From contig AP038806.1 in assembly GCA_047150005.1 (NCBI GenBank), positions 2,016,001 through 2,080,000 of the forward strand: a DNA stretch of 64,000 nucleotides. Reading direction: 5' to 3'. This document shows positions 48,858 through 58,747 of this stretch, piece after piece; within the stretch, counting starts at the first letter, position 1; each line of letters opens with the position of its first letter. Origin of the DNA: Nitrospira sp. (GTDB taxonomy: Bacteria > Nitrospirota > Nitrospiria > Nitrospirales > Nitrospiraceae). The notes under the pieces are model-generated. The model saw only the letters and a program-made list of their open reading frames with translations. It did not search any database and was not told where the DNA came from. Made by a program: the position numbers and the translations under genes.

Positions 48858-49886
48858 ATGAAACAACAGAACACAAAGCTGCCGCTGCTGGGCATTACGA
48901 TGGGCGATCCTGCCGGAATCGGTCCGGAGGTGATCGTCAAGGCGTTGGCCGGCTCGCGAGTGCGACGCCTGTGTTTGCCGTTGGTGATTGGATCGCATTC
49001 GATCATGCGAGAGACGGTCAAGCGTCTGGGCCTCACGCTCGACGTGGCGCCGGTGGGCGGCCACGGGCAGGCGTCGTTCCGGCGCGGTCGGATTTCGGTC
49101 TTGGATCCAATAGAAGAGCCGCTCGGTCGGATCAGGCTCGGTGTCGCGACTCCGGAGAGCGGAGCTGCCTCCGTCGCCTTCATCAAGAAGGGGGTGCAGC
49201 TTGCGCAGATCGGCTGTATCGACGGGATCGTCACGGCGCCGATCAACAAGGAAGCGATCAACATGGCCGGCTGCCATTTTCCCGGCCATACGGAGCTGCT
49301 GGCCGATCTCACGAAGGCGAAAGAATCCGGCATGATGATCGTCGGCGGACCGCTGAAGATCATGTTCGTCACGACCCATGTGGCCATCAAGGAACTCCCG
49401 GCTCAGTTGACGAGACCGAAGATTGAGAAAGGCATCCGCCTCGCGCACGCGGCATTGACCAGGTTGTTCGGTCTCAAACGGCCTCGAATCGGCGTGGCCG
49501 CGCTCAACCCTCATGCCGGCGAGCACGGGTTGTTCGGCGATGAAGAAGCGCGCCTCGTCGGCCCTGCCGCCCGCGCGGCGCGTCGGCAGGGGATCCTGGC
49601 GAGCGATCCGTTGCCGGCGGACACATTGTTCGGCAAGGCGGCGCGCGGGGAGTTCGACGGGGTGGTGGCCCTGTACCATGATCAAGGGCTCATTCCCCTC
49701 AAGCTCGTGGCCTTCGGCACCTGCGTCAATCTGACGGTCGGCTTGCCGATCATCCGCACCTCCGTCGATCACGGGACGGCCTTCGATATCGTCGGCAAGG
49801 GGATTGCCGATCCGGGAAGCCTCATCGAGGCTATCGTGCTGGCGGCGGGCCTCGCAGCGAGACGACAGCGTTTCCAGACGGCATAG
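48858..49886 (+). CDS. pdxA: 4-hydroxythreonine-4-phosphate dehydrogenase
   Basis: GDPAGIGPE, GHTE, NPHAGE, YHDQG, RTSVDHGTAFDI. Confidence 0.96.
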   Translation: MKQQNTKLPLLGITMGDPAGIGPEVIVKALAGSRVRRLCLPLVIGSHSIMRETVKRLGLTLDVAPVGGHGQASFRRGRISVLDPIEEPLGRIRLGVATPESGAASVAFIKKGVQLAQIGCIDGIVTAPINKEAINMAGCHFPGHTELLADLTKAKESGMMIVGGPLKIMFVTTHVAIKELPAQLTRPKIEKGIRLAHAALTRLFGLKRPRIGVAALNPHAGEHGLFGDEEARLVGPAARAARRQGILASDPLPADTLFGKAARGEFDGVVALYHDQGLIPLKLVAFGTCVNLTVGLPIIRTSVDHGTAFDIVGKGIADPGSLIEAIVLAAGLAARRQRFQTA

Positions 49887-49901
49887 GAGGACATTGGAAC
49901 C

Positions 49902-50228
49902 ATGATGCAGGATACATCCAAAGGGCTGGCCGTGATTCGACAGCAGTTGCAGGAACTCGAGCAGATCGAGCAGGAGACGATAGGAACGCTCAACACCACC
50001 GCGGGGACCGAGCGGGTTGCCAAGTGGAGGGTCAAAACGGTGGCATTACTGACCGATTCGCTCGGACAGAAAGCCGGACAGGACTTTGCGAAGATCCAGC
50101 CGGGCCCCTCCTTCTCGAACGATCTGGTCGAAGAATTTACCGACCTCATCGAGTGTTTCCGGGGTCCGCTGACAGCCTTGTCGAAGACGACGGCTCAAGC
50201 GGCTCAGCGCCCGGCCGGCGGAGGGTGA
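49902..50228 (+). CDS. hypothetical protein
   Basis: SD AGGAGG; fills the pdxA-rsmA gap. Confidence 0.75.
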   Translation: MMQDTSKGLAVIRQQLQELEQIEQETIGTLNTTAGTERVAKWRVKTVALLTDSLGQKAGQDFAKIQPGPSFSNDLVEEFTDLIECFRGPLTALSKTTAQAAQRPAGGG

Positions 50229-51047
50229 TTGGTGCCGGACCGTCCGTTCCCGCCGGCGAACAAACGTCTCGGACAGCACTTCCTCATCGATCCCAACATC
50301 GTTCGCAAGATCCTCGCCGTCGCTGCGGTGACGCCTGAGGACACCGTCTTCGAGATCGGTCCTGGCCGAGGGGCCTTGACCGCGGCGCTGTCGAAGGCGG
50401 CGCGTCGAGTGATCGCGGTCGAGATCGACCCCCTCTTGCATCGCCTGCTTCAGGAACGGCAAGCGGAATGGCCCAACGTCGAATTGGTCTGTGCCGACGC
50501 CCTAGCCTACCCCACGGAACATTTTCCCGTCGGCACGGTGGTCGTCGCCAATCTGCCCTACTATATCTCCACTCCGCTGCTGTTCAGGCTGCTCGAGCAG
50601 CGCTCGCGATGGTCGCGGATGGTGCTGATGCTGCAAGAGGAAGTCGCGGATCGATTAATCGCGGACCCCGGCCGCTCGGATTACGGGGTGCTCTCCGTCA
50701 TGGCCCAGCATGTCGCCCAGATCGCCAAGGAGTTCTACGTCTCTCCCCACTGCTTCAGGCCGAAGCCCGACGTGGGTTCCGCGGTGGTGTCGGTCCGTCC
50801 CAAGGAACTGCGGGATCGATCCCCGGATGAGGAGTCGCGGTTCGGTGCGCTCGTGCGCGGGGCATTCGCGCACAGACGGAAAACCCTCGTGAATTCGCTG
50901 CGCGATGAAGGCTACGACCAGAAGTCGGTCACGGCTGCGTTGGAAGCCTTGGGCATTTCGGTCAGCGCGCGGGCCGAAAATCTTTCGGCCAGGCAATTCA
51001 TCGATTTAGAGGCGGCGCTGTCCGCCTCCGCGCAGGTGCAGGAGTGA
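50229..51047 (+). CDS. rsmA: 16S rRNA m6,2A dimethyltransferase
   Basis: GQHFL, EIGPGRG, ANLPYYIS, QEEVA, RRKTL, RAE. Confidence 0.96.
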   Translation: MVPDRPFPPANKRLGQHFLIDPNIVRKILAVAAVTPEDTVFEIGPGRGALTAALSKAARRVIAVEIDPLLHRLLQERQAEWPNVELVCADALAYPTEHFPVGTVVVANLPYYISTPLLFRLLEQRSRWSRMVLMLQEEVADRLIADPGRSDYGVLSVMAQHVAQIAKEFYVSPHCFRPKPDVGSAVVSVRPKELRDRSPDEESRFGALVRGAFAHRRKTLVNSLRDEGYDQKSVTAALEALGISVSARAENLSARQFIDLEAALSASAQVQE

Positions 51048-51110
51048 TCCGGATGAACGCCGGAGCGGAGGAACGATTGCGGACGGAGCAGAGGCCGTCA
51101 GCGGCCGGCC

Positions 51111-51491
51111 TCACTTCGCGTTCGAGTGGAGGTGACGGAGGAATTCATTCAACGATTGTTCCTGCTCGCGGTGCATCGCGATGAACATGACGCCGAAGGT
51201 ATGCGTCCCCTTCCATCGTGCGATCGCCGATTCCACGGTCACCGGACGGCGGAAGTCGGGCAGTTGAATGATCAGGGTGTAAGGTTGCTCAAGCACGACG
51301 CCGCTCTCGCTGCTCACGCGGCAGCCGCCCTGCGAGAGGTCGAGGAGGATGCCTTCTCCCTCTTCGTCCAACGCGCTGTCCGCGGACGCGGTGACGGGAG
51401 AAAAGGACAGCAGTGAGCCGGGCGGCAGCATGCTGCGTTGGTGCTTGCGGCGCTCGATGATCCGGTCAAGAGAACGATCCGATGGTGTCAT
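51111..51491 (-). CDS. PilZ domain protein
   Basis: ERRKHQR and DLSQGG. Confidence 0.85.
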   Translation of the reverse strand: MTPSDRSLDRIIERRKHQRSMLPPGSLLSFSPVTASADSALDEEGEGILLDLSQGGCRVSSESGVVLEQPYTLIIQLPDFRRPVTVESAIARWKGTHTFGVMFIAMHREQEQSLNEFLRHLHSNAK

Positions 51492-51645
51492 GGTTGTATC
51501 AATCAATAATGATCGAGGGTGAATCAGATGTTCCCCTCATCATAGTCATCCTGCCTCGGACGGCAAGTGAAATCCGGTTTCGCTTTCGGGACCGTGACAC
51601 GTTGACGGATCCGCAGCGAGAGCGCGTGGAAACGCCGCCGATCGT

Positions 51646-51674
51646 TTGAAATGACTTCCCCCCTGTGTTAGCAT
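51646..51674 (+). promoter_or_regulatory. sigma70-type promoter for ftsK, probably leaderless
   Basis: TTGAAA-N17-TAGCAT, 7 nt before ATG. Confidence 0.6.
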
Positions 51675-51681
51675 CCGTGCC

Positions 51682-54108
51682 ATGGGCGTCACCAACCCGG
51701 GCAAGCGCAGCGAGGCCCGCCGCGCCCCTAGTCCTCCCTCCCATATCAAACGAGAAGTCATCGGCGTGGTCCTGATCGCGCTGAGTTTGCTCACGTTGTT
51801 GAGTCTGCTCTCGTTCGTCCCGGGTGAACCGAAAGCCGTCACCAAGGCTGGCGTCGTGAGTTCGCCTCCGACGCACAACCTCATCGGCGCCGCCGGTGCC
51901 GTGTTCTCGTCGGTGTTATTTTCCCTCATCGGGGGAGCGGCCTATCTGTTCCCGATCCTGTTGGGCCTGCTCGGCGCGCGTTGCTTTACGCAAAGCGACC
52001 TGTCAATCCGCCTCCGCAACGCCGGCGCGTCGCTTGTCGCACTGCTGTTTCTGAGCGCGTTCCTCCATCTGGAGGTGACGGCGGTGCCGACGGTATCCAG
52101 CGGCTTAGTCTATCGCGGCTTGGCGGGCGGGCTCTTCGGACAGATCCTGGCGGACGGTCTGCGGACCTATTTGGCGAGCACCGGCGCGCACATCGTCATT
52201 CTGGCGGGGTTTCTGATCGCGATGCTCTTCACGGCCCCGCTGTCTCTGGCGCAACTGACCGTCAGGGTGTCTGAATTGGGTCAGTGGATGCTGAAGCGCT
52301 TTCGCGCGTCGAACGCAGCCCGTGCTTCGGAGGCCAACGAGGAAGCCGCGCCGAAAGCCACGCGGCCAAGAAAATCGAAATCCATCCGCAGCGTCATCGA
52401 AGAGGCGCTGCCGCTGGCGGAAGAACTGCCTGCTTCGGCTCCTATCGTGATTCAAGGGCCTCCGGAACCGGACGCCATCGAACCGGCCGTGATCGAACCG
52501 GAAGTCGCCCGGATCGCCCACAGCAAGAGAGGAGATGGGGTGGGAAGCTACCAATTGCCCGATGCCGCCGAACTCCTGAGCGAACCGAGCGGTACGTTCT
52601 CGAAAGTCACGGAAGAGGAACTCAGGATCCAATCCGAAATCCTTTCGAAGGCACTGTTGAGCTTCGGCATCGACGGCAAGGTCACGGAAGTACGACCGGG
52701 GCCGGTCGTGACGATGTACGAATTCGAGCCGGCGCCCGGGACGAAAGTGGCGCGGATCGTGAATCTTGCTGACGATCTGGCGCTGGCGATGAAGGCGATC
52801 AGCCTCCGCATCGTCGCCCCATTGCCCGGCAAGTCCGTGGTGGGCATCGAAGTGCCGAACCAGTACCGCGAGACGGTGTCGATGAGGGAAGTCGTGACCA
52901 GCGACGCGTTTGTTCGGGCGCGGTCCAAGCTCACGTTGGCTCTGGGAAAGGACATCTTCGGCGCTCCGGCCACGGCCGATCTGCGTACAATGCCGCATCT
53001 CCTGGTGGCCGGCGCGACTGGAGCGGGGAAGAGCGTCAGTTTGAATACGATGTTGCTCAGCCTGCTGTTCTCCGCCAGGCCGAATGAGGTGAAACTGTTG
53101 CTGATCGATCCCAAGATGCTGGAGTTCCAGACCTACGACGGGATCCCTCATTTGCTGAGGCCCGTGATCACCGATCCCAAATCGGCCGCGCGCGGGTTGG
53201 GATGGGTGGTTCAGGAGATGGAACGCCGCTACAAACTGCTGGCCGAAGCGGGCGTGCGAAACGTCGACGCCTACAACGTGAAGGTTGCGGGAGCGCAGGG
53301 CGTGCTTGAGGAAGGTCAGGGGGCAAACAAACCCGAACAGCCGGAATTGCCCATCCAGTATTTGACGGAAGAAGAGCGATTAGCCGCCGGAGAAAGCGCG
53401 GTCTCCGAAGGGAGTCCGGGGTCGTTTGCCCCGCCGCCAACTCCTCCGGAACCGCTGCCCTACATCGTCGTCATGATCGACGAGCTGGCGGATCTTATGA
53501 TGGTGGCTCCGAAAGATGTCGAAGATAAGATCGCCAGGTTGGCTCAAATGGCCAGGGCCTCCGGCATCCACCTGGTTCTCGCGACCCAGCGTCCCTCGGT
53601 GGACGTCCTGACCGGCTTGATCAAGGCGAATTTTCCGGCCCGCATCGCATTTCAGGTATCATCGAAGACGGACTCTCGGACGATTCTCGACGCAAACGGC
53701 GCGGAAGCTCTGCTCGGTCGCGGCGACATGCTGTATCTCGCGTCGGGCACCGGGCGTCTCAATCGGTTGCACGGCTGCTTCGTCTCCGACGACGACGTCC
53801 GCCGCGTGGTCGAGTTCGTGAAGGAACAGGCGCAGCCGAGTTACAATCAGGAATTGCAGTCCTTGAAACTGGAAGAGGCCAAAGAGGAGGAGGCGCAGGA
53901 CGAGGTCTACGAGCAGGCGAAGGATCTGGTCCTGTCCACGGGCCAGGCGTCGGCCTCGTTGATTCAACGCCGTCTGCGGGTTGGATACCCGCGCGCCGCG
54001 CGCATGATCGAACAGATGGAAACGGATGGACTGGTCGGAGCCGCCGGCCGTGACGGCCGACGGGAGGTACTCGGCCGGCGCGGTCCGGTGGGAGAGGCGC
54101 AAGGATGA
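51682..54108 (+). CDS. ftsK: DNA translocase FtsK
   Basis: N-terminal TM domain, PHLLVAGATGAGKS, IDELADLM, ATQRPS, gamma domain QRRLRVGYPRAAR. Confidence 0.97.
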   Translation: MGVTNPGKRSEARRAPSPPSHIKREVIGVVLIALSLLTLLSLLSFVPGEPKAVTKAGVVSSPPTHNLIGAAGAVFSSVLFSLIGGAAYLFPILLGLLGARCFTQSDLSIRLRNAGASLVALLFLSAFLHLEVTAVPTVSSGLVYRGLAGGLFGQILADGLRTYLASTGAHIVILAGFLIAMLFTAPLSLAQLTVRVSELGQWMLKRFRASNAARASEANEEAAPKATRPRKSKSIRSVIEEALPLAEELPASAPIVIQGPPEPDAIEPAVIEPEVARIAHSKRGDGVGSYQLPDAAELLSEPSGTFSKVTEEELRIQSEILSKALLSFGIDGKVTEVRPGPVVTMYEFEPAPGTKVARIVNLADDLALAMKAISLRIVAPLPGKSVVGIEVPNQYRETVSMREVVTSDAFVRARSKLTLALGKDIFGAPATADLRTMPHLLVAGATGAGKSVSLNTMLLSLLFSARPNEVKLLLIDPKMLEFQTYDGIPHLLRPVITDPKSAARGLGWVVQEMERRYKLLAEAGVRNVDAYNVKVAGAQGVLEEGQGANKPEQPELPIQYLTEEERLAAGESAVSEGSPGSFAPPPTPPEPLPYIVVMIDELADLMMVAPKDVEDKIARLAQMARASGIHLVLATQRPSVDVLTGLIKANFPARIAFQVSSKTDSRTILDANGAEALLGRGDMLYLASGTGRLNRLHGCFVSDDDVRRVVEFVKEQAQPSYNQELQSLKLEEAKEEEAQDEVYEQAKDLVLSTGQASASLIQRRLRVGYPRAARMIEQMETDGLVGAAGRDGRREVLGRRGPVGEAQG

Positions 54109-54815
54109 GACGAGTGATGGGGGTTGCAATGGCGGTGTGTCTTCTGGCCGGTCCCTGTCTAGTTTCGGCAGAGGAGGCGGTTGATCCGCAGGAACGGAAG
54201 GAAATTCAGGACGTCGTCAAACGTTTGCAGGCACGGTATGAAAAAACCAAGGACCTCCAGGCGGACTTCACTCAGAAGACGACCATCGAGGGGTTCGAGC
54301 GGCCGATGTTATCGACAGGGAAGGTCTATATCAAGAAGCCCGGGCGTTTGCGCTGGAACTATCTCGATCCGTCGACGGAAGATATCTATGTCAATCGGGA
54401 CGACGTCAAGGTTTATGTGCCCGAGCACAAGCAGGTCCTGATCGGCAAGTTGACCCAGATGGCGGCCTCCAGGGCTCCGCTGGAGTTGCTCCAGGGAGCA
54501 GCGCGATTGGAGGAATCGTTTGTGGTCGAGCCGACGCCGGGGAAGGCCAAAGGGCTCGGGGGCCTACGCCTCCTCACACTGTTGCCGAAAGGCGAGGGGC
54601 ATGAGACTGTGCGCTCGTTGCAACGGATTGTGATCGAAGTGTTTCCCAAGACCTATTTTATCCGGACCATTTCGCTTCATGAGCACAGCGGGAACGTGTC
54701 TCATTTTGAGTTTTCGTCCCTCCAGGACAATGTCGGGTTGGGCGACGAGCTGTTTGAACCTAAGTTTCCCGCGGATGTCGAAGTGGTTAAGGCGCCGGTA
54801 CTGAGCCAGCCGTGA
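54105..54815 (+). CDS. lolA: outer-membrane lipoprotein carrier
   Basis: ADFTQ, KKPGRLRWNY, signal peptide; ftsK-lolA synteny. Confidence 0.9.
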   Translation: MRRVMGVAMAVCLLAGPCLVSAEEAVDPQERKEIQDVVKRLQARYEKTKDLQADFTQKTTIEGFERPMLSTGKVYIKKPGRLRWNYLDPSTEDIYVNRDDVKVYVPEHKQVLIGKLTQMAASRAPLELLQGAARLEESFVVEPTPGKAKGLGGLRLLTLLPKGEGHETVRSLQRIVIEVFPKTYFIRTISLHEHSGNVSHFEFSSLQDNVGLGDELFEPKFPADVEVVKAPVLSQP

Positions 54816-54869
54816 CGCAACCGGTGCGGGCGGATGCGAATTGTTCCTGAAGGGATGATGGGTGGAGCG

Positions 54870-55628
54870 ATGATGACCCCGACACTCAGTGCGATTGGCG
54901 AGGCAGTAGATCAGGCCGTGGCGCGCTTGGATTTCGAGCGCCTCCACCGCGAGTACTGGGAGCAAGACGAATTCCTGGTGATTCCGCAATTCCTGGATCG
55001 GGCACTGGTCGAGGAATGGTTGGTTCCGCAGGCTCAGGGGGTGAAAGGCGACCTCAACCGTAATTATATTCCCGGCCATAAGAAGGGCGGAAGCGTCAGT
55101 TACTATACGGTCATAGAAAAGGCGCCCCGGTTTCTCGATCTCTATCGCTCACCGGCTTTCATCGATTTCCTGCGCCGGCTCTCTCACGCCAAGCTGATGC
55201 TCTGCCCCGACAACGATCCCCATTCTTGCGCGCTCTACTACTATACGGAGCCGGGCGATCATATCGGCTTCCACTACGATACGTCCTATTACAAGGGCAG
55301 CCGGTACACGATACTCATGGGTCTGGTGGACCGGTCCGCCCAGTGCAAACTGGTGTGCGAACTCTTCAAGGACGATCCCGCCAAACAGGCCAAGCGGCTT
55401 GAGCTCATCACCGCGCCGGGGGACATGGTGATCTTTAACGGGGACAAGTTGTGGCATGCTGTGACGCCGCTCGGTGCCGGCGAGGAACGCATCGCCCTGA
55501 CGATGGAATATGTCACCAATCCCGACATGGGAGCCTTCAAGCGACTGTATTCCAATCTCAAAGACTCATTCGCCTATTTCGGCCTTCGCGCCGTCTTCAA
55601 GCGTGCATTGTCGTCGCCCCGCCGCTAG
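54870..55628 (+). CDS. 2OG-Fe(II) oxygenase
   Basis: FHYD...WHAV...ER facial triad and 2OG-binding Arg. Confidence 0.85.
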   Translation: MMTPTLSAIGEAVDQAVARLDFERLHREYWEQDEFLVIPQFLDRALVEEWLVPQAQGVKGDLNRNYIPGHKKGGSVSYYTVIEKAPRFLDLYRSPAFIDFLRRLSHAKLMLCPDNDPHSCALYYYTEPGDHIGFHYDTSYYKGSRYTILMGLVDRSAQCKLVCELFKDDPAKQAKRLELITAPGDMVIFNGDKLWHAVTPLGAGEERIALTMEYVTNPDMGAFKRLYSNLKDSFAYFGLRAVFKRALSSPRR

Positions 55629-55710
55629 ATGATGCGTCCAGCCAGCTGGGCTGTTACACGCCGAGAGTCCTCGGCGTTCTTTCCATCCGTGAATCGATCC
55701 TTGTAGCCGA

Positions 55711-56076
55711 TCAAGGTCTCTCCAGGGGACCGGAGGGCAAGGGCTTGCCGCTTATCTGGAGGTTCATTGTCTGGCCGGTCAGCTTCGGTCTGCCGGCTCG
55801 CAGAGGCCTCGATCGTCTTGGGAACGGGCCGCGGTTGGTGGAGTGCATGTCGGCCAGGGACATCCGCATGGCCCGCGCAATCAACCAGGAGATGGTGAGC
55901 CCGGGTGTCCAGAAGACGGCATCACGAACCTCTTCCACCAGATCTTGCGGCAGGTTGACTGTGAGCCGAACTTTTCGTGACGGGCGATGGCGGCGTTGTT
56001 CAGGAATTGGTGTGGCGATGGCATGGCCGACGGGTCGTTCGTCCTGGACAGAGGGCACTGGCATCGGCGTTCCCAT
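55711..56076 (-). CDS. ribbon-helix-helix-like small DNA-binding protein
   Basis: RLTVNLPQDLVEEVRDAV...TISWLIARAM; SD GGAGG. Confidence 0.7.
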   Translation of the reverse strand: MGTPMPVPSVQDERPVGHAIATPIPEQRRHRPSRKVRLTVNLPQDLVEEVRDAVFWTPGLTISWLIARAMRMSLADMHSTNRGPFPRRSRPLRAGRPKLTGQTMNLQISGKPLPSGPLERP

Positions 56077-56646
56077 AGAGTTCCTCCACGGTTTGAGATG
56101 AGTGATCGGCGATCGTGGTCCGTGCAGAGCCGGGCCCGCGGCATCGACGATGAAAGGCCGCGCGCCCCTTACCGGCGCACGCGGCCTCATCGGCATGAGC
56201 GGGAGGCGATGAAGTCGCTTCGGATGGGCACGATCCGAAGGTCATTCCACCTCGCGAACAGGCTACTGTCTATCTTGGTGGACATCATCGGCGCCTCGCT
56301 CCGCCGGCTTTGCTCAGCACGGCGCTGGTTGTCTCGTCCCGTCGGCGGCGTAGAGCAACCGGCATACCAGTACGAAATGAGCGGCGATTCTCACCCTAAG
56401 TCATTGCTGGATCGGAAGGTTTTTGGATGCAGCGCAAAAGAGGATACAGGCGGCTTATTCCATTAGCAATGCTAACCAGTATCGGATCCGGAACCGCCAT
56501 TATCAAAAGGGATACATCGCACATTCCGACTCGGCTTGGCGCATGAGGCAAGGAACAGAGCACGTCGGGGGGGCTCGGAATTCGGCCGCCGGAGCGGCGA
56601 TATTGAGCGGAACGACCGGCCCGTGGTCGAATGCGGCTGGTGGAGT

Positions 56647-57156
56647 CTACTGGTGGAGGTGTTTCATGGCGGCGGCGCAGAGGATGATGAAGAAGCCCAT
56701 CCATAGAGCCGCCCGCTGAAATGGAATGGCTTCGTAGGCTTCCGTCTCGTCCTCGTCGTCCTCGGATTTAAAAATGACCGTGTAGAGGAAGAGGGTCAGG
56801 AGGCAGAGAACGAGAAACAGCTTGATGAAGAACACCATGAGATACTTGGCGTGATGCTGCACTCCGACGCCGGTTTGGGACATCAGCACCTGGTTCACGT
56901 AGTGCAGATTGATGCCTCCGGTGAACAGCAGGACGACCAGCAGGATGCCGGCGACTTTCTTGTAGTGCTGATAGAAGATATCCGTGATGGGTTTGATTTG
57001 TTGGCGTGGAACGGCCTTTTGCAGCCCAGGGGTCACCGCCATCACAAGAAACGCGAGACCGCCGATCCAAATGACCGCGGACAGGAGGTGAAACCAGTGG
57101 TTGACGATCGGAATCAGCTGGTTGAGGTCGGTGGCAATACTTTCTAATGCATCCAT
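56647..57156 (-). CDS. CopD-like membrane protein
   Basis: WFHLLSAVIWIGG, TGG, K in TM3; four TM segments. Confidence 0.82.
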   Translation of the reverse strand: MDALESIATDLNQLIPIVNHWFHLLSAVIWIGGLAFLVMAVTPGLQKAVPRQQIKPITDIFYQHYKKVAGILLVVLLFTGGINLHYVNQVLMSQTGVGVQHHAKYLMVFFIKLFLVLCLLTLFLYTVIFKSEDDEDETEAYEAIPFQRAALWMGFFIILCAAAMKHLHQ

Positions 57157-57164
57157 TTTCCTTA

Positions 57165-57254
57165 GTCCTGAGTCCTAAGTCCTGAGTGGTCAAAGCCGGT
57201 CGCTGTCCTCTCGTGAAAGCACATACTCAGGACTCAGCACTCAAGGCTCAGCAC
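57165..57254. repeat. empty heptamer (TGAGTGC/TGAGTCC) inverted-repeat element flanked by TA
   Basis: TA|GTCCTGAGTCCTAAGTCCTGAGT ... ACTCAGGACTCAGCACTCAAGGCTCAGCAC|TA. Confidence 0.8.
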
Positions 57255-58639
57255 TAAAACTTGAAGACGGGGGCGTCATTCCCGAACCGCTTCTTGCGCA
57301 GTTCCTCCATCAATTCCACGGTGATGAGTGTGATGTGCTGTTCGCGAGCGTGTTTTTCGACACCCTTCTTCACCATCGCCCTAAGGAAGTAAGGGATGCG
57401 GCTTAGCCGGAGCGCGGAGGCCTCGTCCCACAAGACTTCGGACTCTTCCGGTGTATTGAAGGCGACCTTGATCTTCTCTCCCCCCTTGGGCGTGTACAGA
57501 CACCACTGATCTTCGTCCAGCCAATCCCCGTGGTCGACATAGGGCCGGGCGCGGCAGCCACCGCAGATGTCGGCATATTCGCAGTCGCCGCACTTGCCCT
57601 TCAGCTGAGGATAGCGGAACGAATTGAAAATGTCCGACTGCTCCCAGAGGTCGACGAAACTGTGCTGCCGAACATTACCGGCAGACAGTGGCATGTAGGG
57701 ACAGGGGGTGAGTTCGCCGTTCGGTGTCACACGCGCATAATTCGTTCCAGCGAGACATCCGCCGCCCATATAGCCCGTGGCTTTCGTGATCGGCGAATTG
57801 GGATCCTTTTCGTAGGCGAGCCGCTTGAAATGCGGGGCGCAACGGGCCCGCACCAGCATCCCCTTGTAGTTGTCCTGACAGGTCACGAGATAGCCGAGCA
57901 CCTCTTCATACTGAGCGGGACTGATATCGGTCAATTCTTCGCCGCGTCCCGTGCAGACCATGAAAAAGACGTTGAGCACTCTGGCGCCCAAACCATGCGC
58001 CCATTCGATCACCGCCGGCAGCTCCTGATAGTTCATCGGCTGTGCACTGAAATGGACCTGGAATTGAAGCCCGTTCCGTTTGCTGGCCTCGATACCGGCG
58101 ACCGCAGCCTCCCAGGCCCCGGGCACCCCTCTGAAGGCGTTGTGCTTGGCCGCATCGAGGGAATCGATGCTGATTCCCACCCCCATCACGCCGATGTCCA
58201 CCAGCGTGCGGGCCATGTGGTCGTCAATGAGCATGCCATTGGTCCCGAACACCACCATGAAACCGGATTTCACCGCATGACGGGCGATGTCGAGGATGTC
58301 CGGGCGCACCAGCGGTTCGCCGCCGGTGATGACCAGGAGGCAGCCCTTGTTGACGTGGGCGATCTGGTCGATGAGCCGGAAACATTCCTCGGTGGACAAT
58401 TCGTCGTCGCCGCCCGCGGCCTTGGTGGTGGCATCCAGATAGCAATGGTCGCACTTGAGATTGCAGCGCTTCGTCAGATTCAAGGCCACCAGATAGGGCT
58501 TGAAGTCGTCCACGGTCCTGCCGTCCGCGGGACCGTCGACCGGTTTGGACGGGGTGAAAAACTGCGTAATCTGTTGTTGGAACGAGCCCAGGGCTCCGGA
58601 GAGCCCAGGGTTATTCAGGATAGGGAGCGATTTACCCAT
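57254..58639 (-). CDS. radical SAM/SPASM protein, AhbD/NirJ-like, with C-terminal PCP_red-like domain
   Basis: CNLKCDHC, TGGEP, RCAPHF, GCLAG, CPY, KCGDCEY..ICGGCRAR; tail WDEASALRLSRIPYFLR. Confidence 0.87.
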   Translation of the reverse strand: MGKSLPILNNPGLSGALGSFQQQITQFFTPSKPVDGPADGRTVDDFKPYLVALNLTKRCNLKCDHCYLDATTKAAGGDDELSTEECFRLIDQIAHVNKGCLLVITGGEPLVRPDILDIARHAVKSGFMVVFGTNGMLIDDHMARTLVDIGVMGVGISIDSLDAAKHNAFRGVPGAWEAAVAGIEASKRNGLQFQVHFSAQPMNYQELPAVIEWAHGLGARVLNVFFMVCTGRGEELTDISPAQYEEVLGYLVTCQDNYKGMLVRARCAPHFKRLAYEKDPNSPITKATGYMGGGCLAGTNYARVTPNGELTPCPYMPLSAGNVRQHSFVDLWEQSDIFNSFRYPQLKGKCGDCEYADICGGCRARPYVDHGDWLDEDQWCLYTPKGGEKIKVAFNTPEESEVLWDEASALRLSRIPYFLRAMVKKGVEKHAREQHITLITVELMEELRKKRFGNDAPVFKF

Positions 58640-58647
58640 TTCAATTC

Positions 58648-58740
58648 GTGCTGAGTGTTGAGATTAAGGTGCTGAGTTGTAAGGCCAGGTCCCATCGATT
58701 CATTGCTGCTACTTAGCACTCAGCACGCAGGACCCAGCAC
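58648..58740. repeat. empty heptamer (TGAGTGC) inverted-repeat element
   Basis: GTGCTGAGTGTTGAG..GTGCTGAGT ... ACTTAGCACTCAGCACGCAGGACCCAGCAC. Confidence 0.75.
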
Positions 58741-58747
58741 TGTAAAC

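Noticed and set aside
51493..51506. FNR-like box near the PilZ/ftsK divergent region
   Set aside because: GTTGT-N4-ATCAA matches only one half-site
56188..56289. 33-aa minus-strand ORF MMSTKIDSSLFARW...
   Set aside because: No motif or supporting evidence
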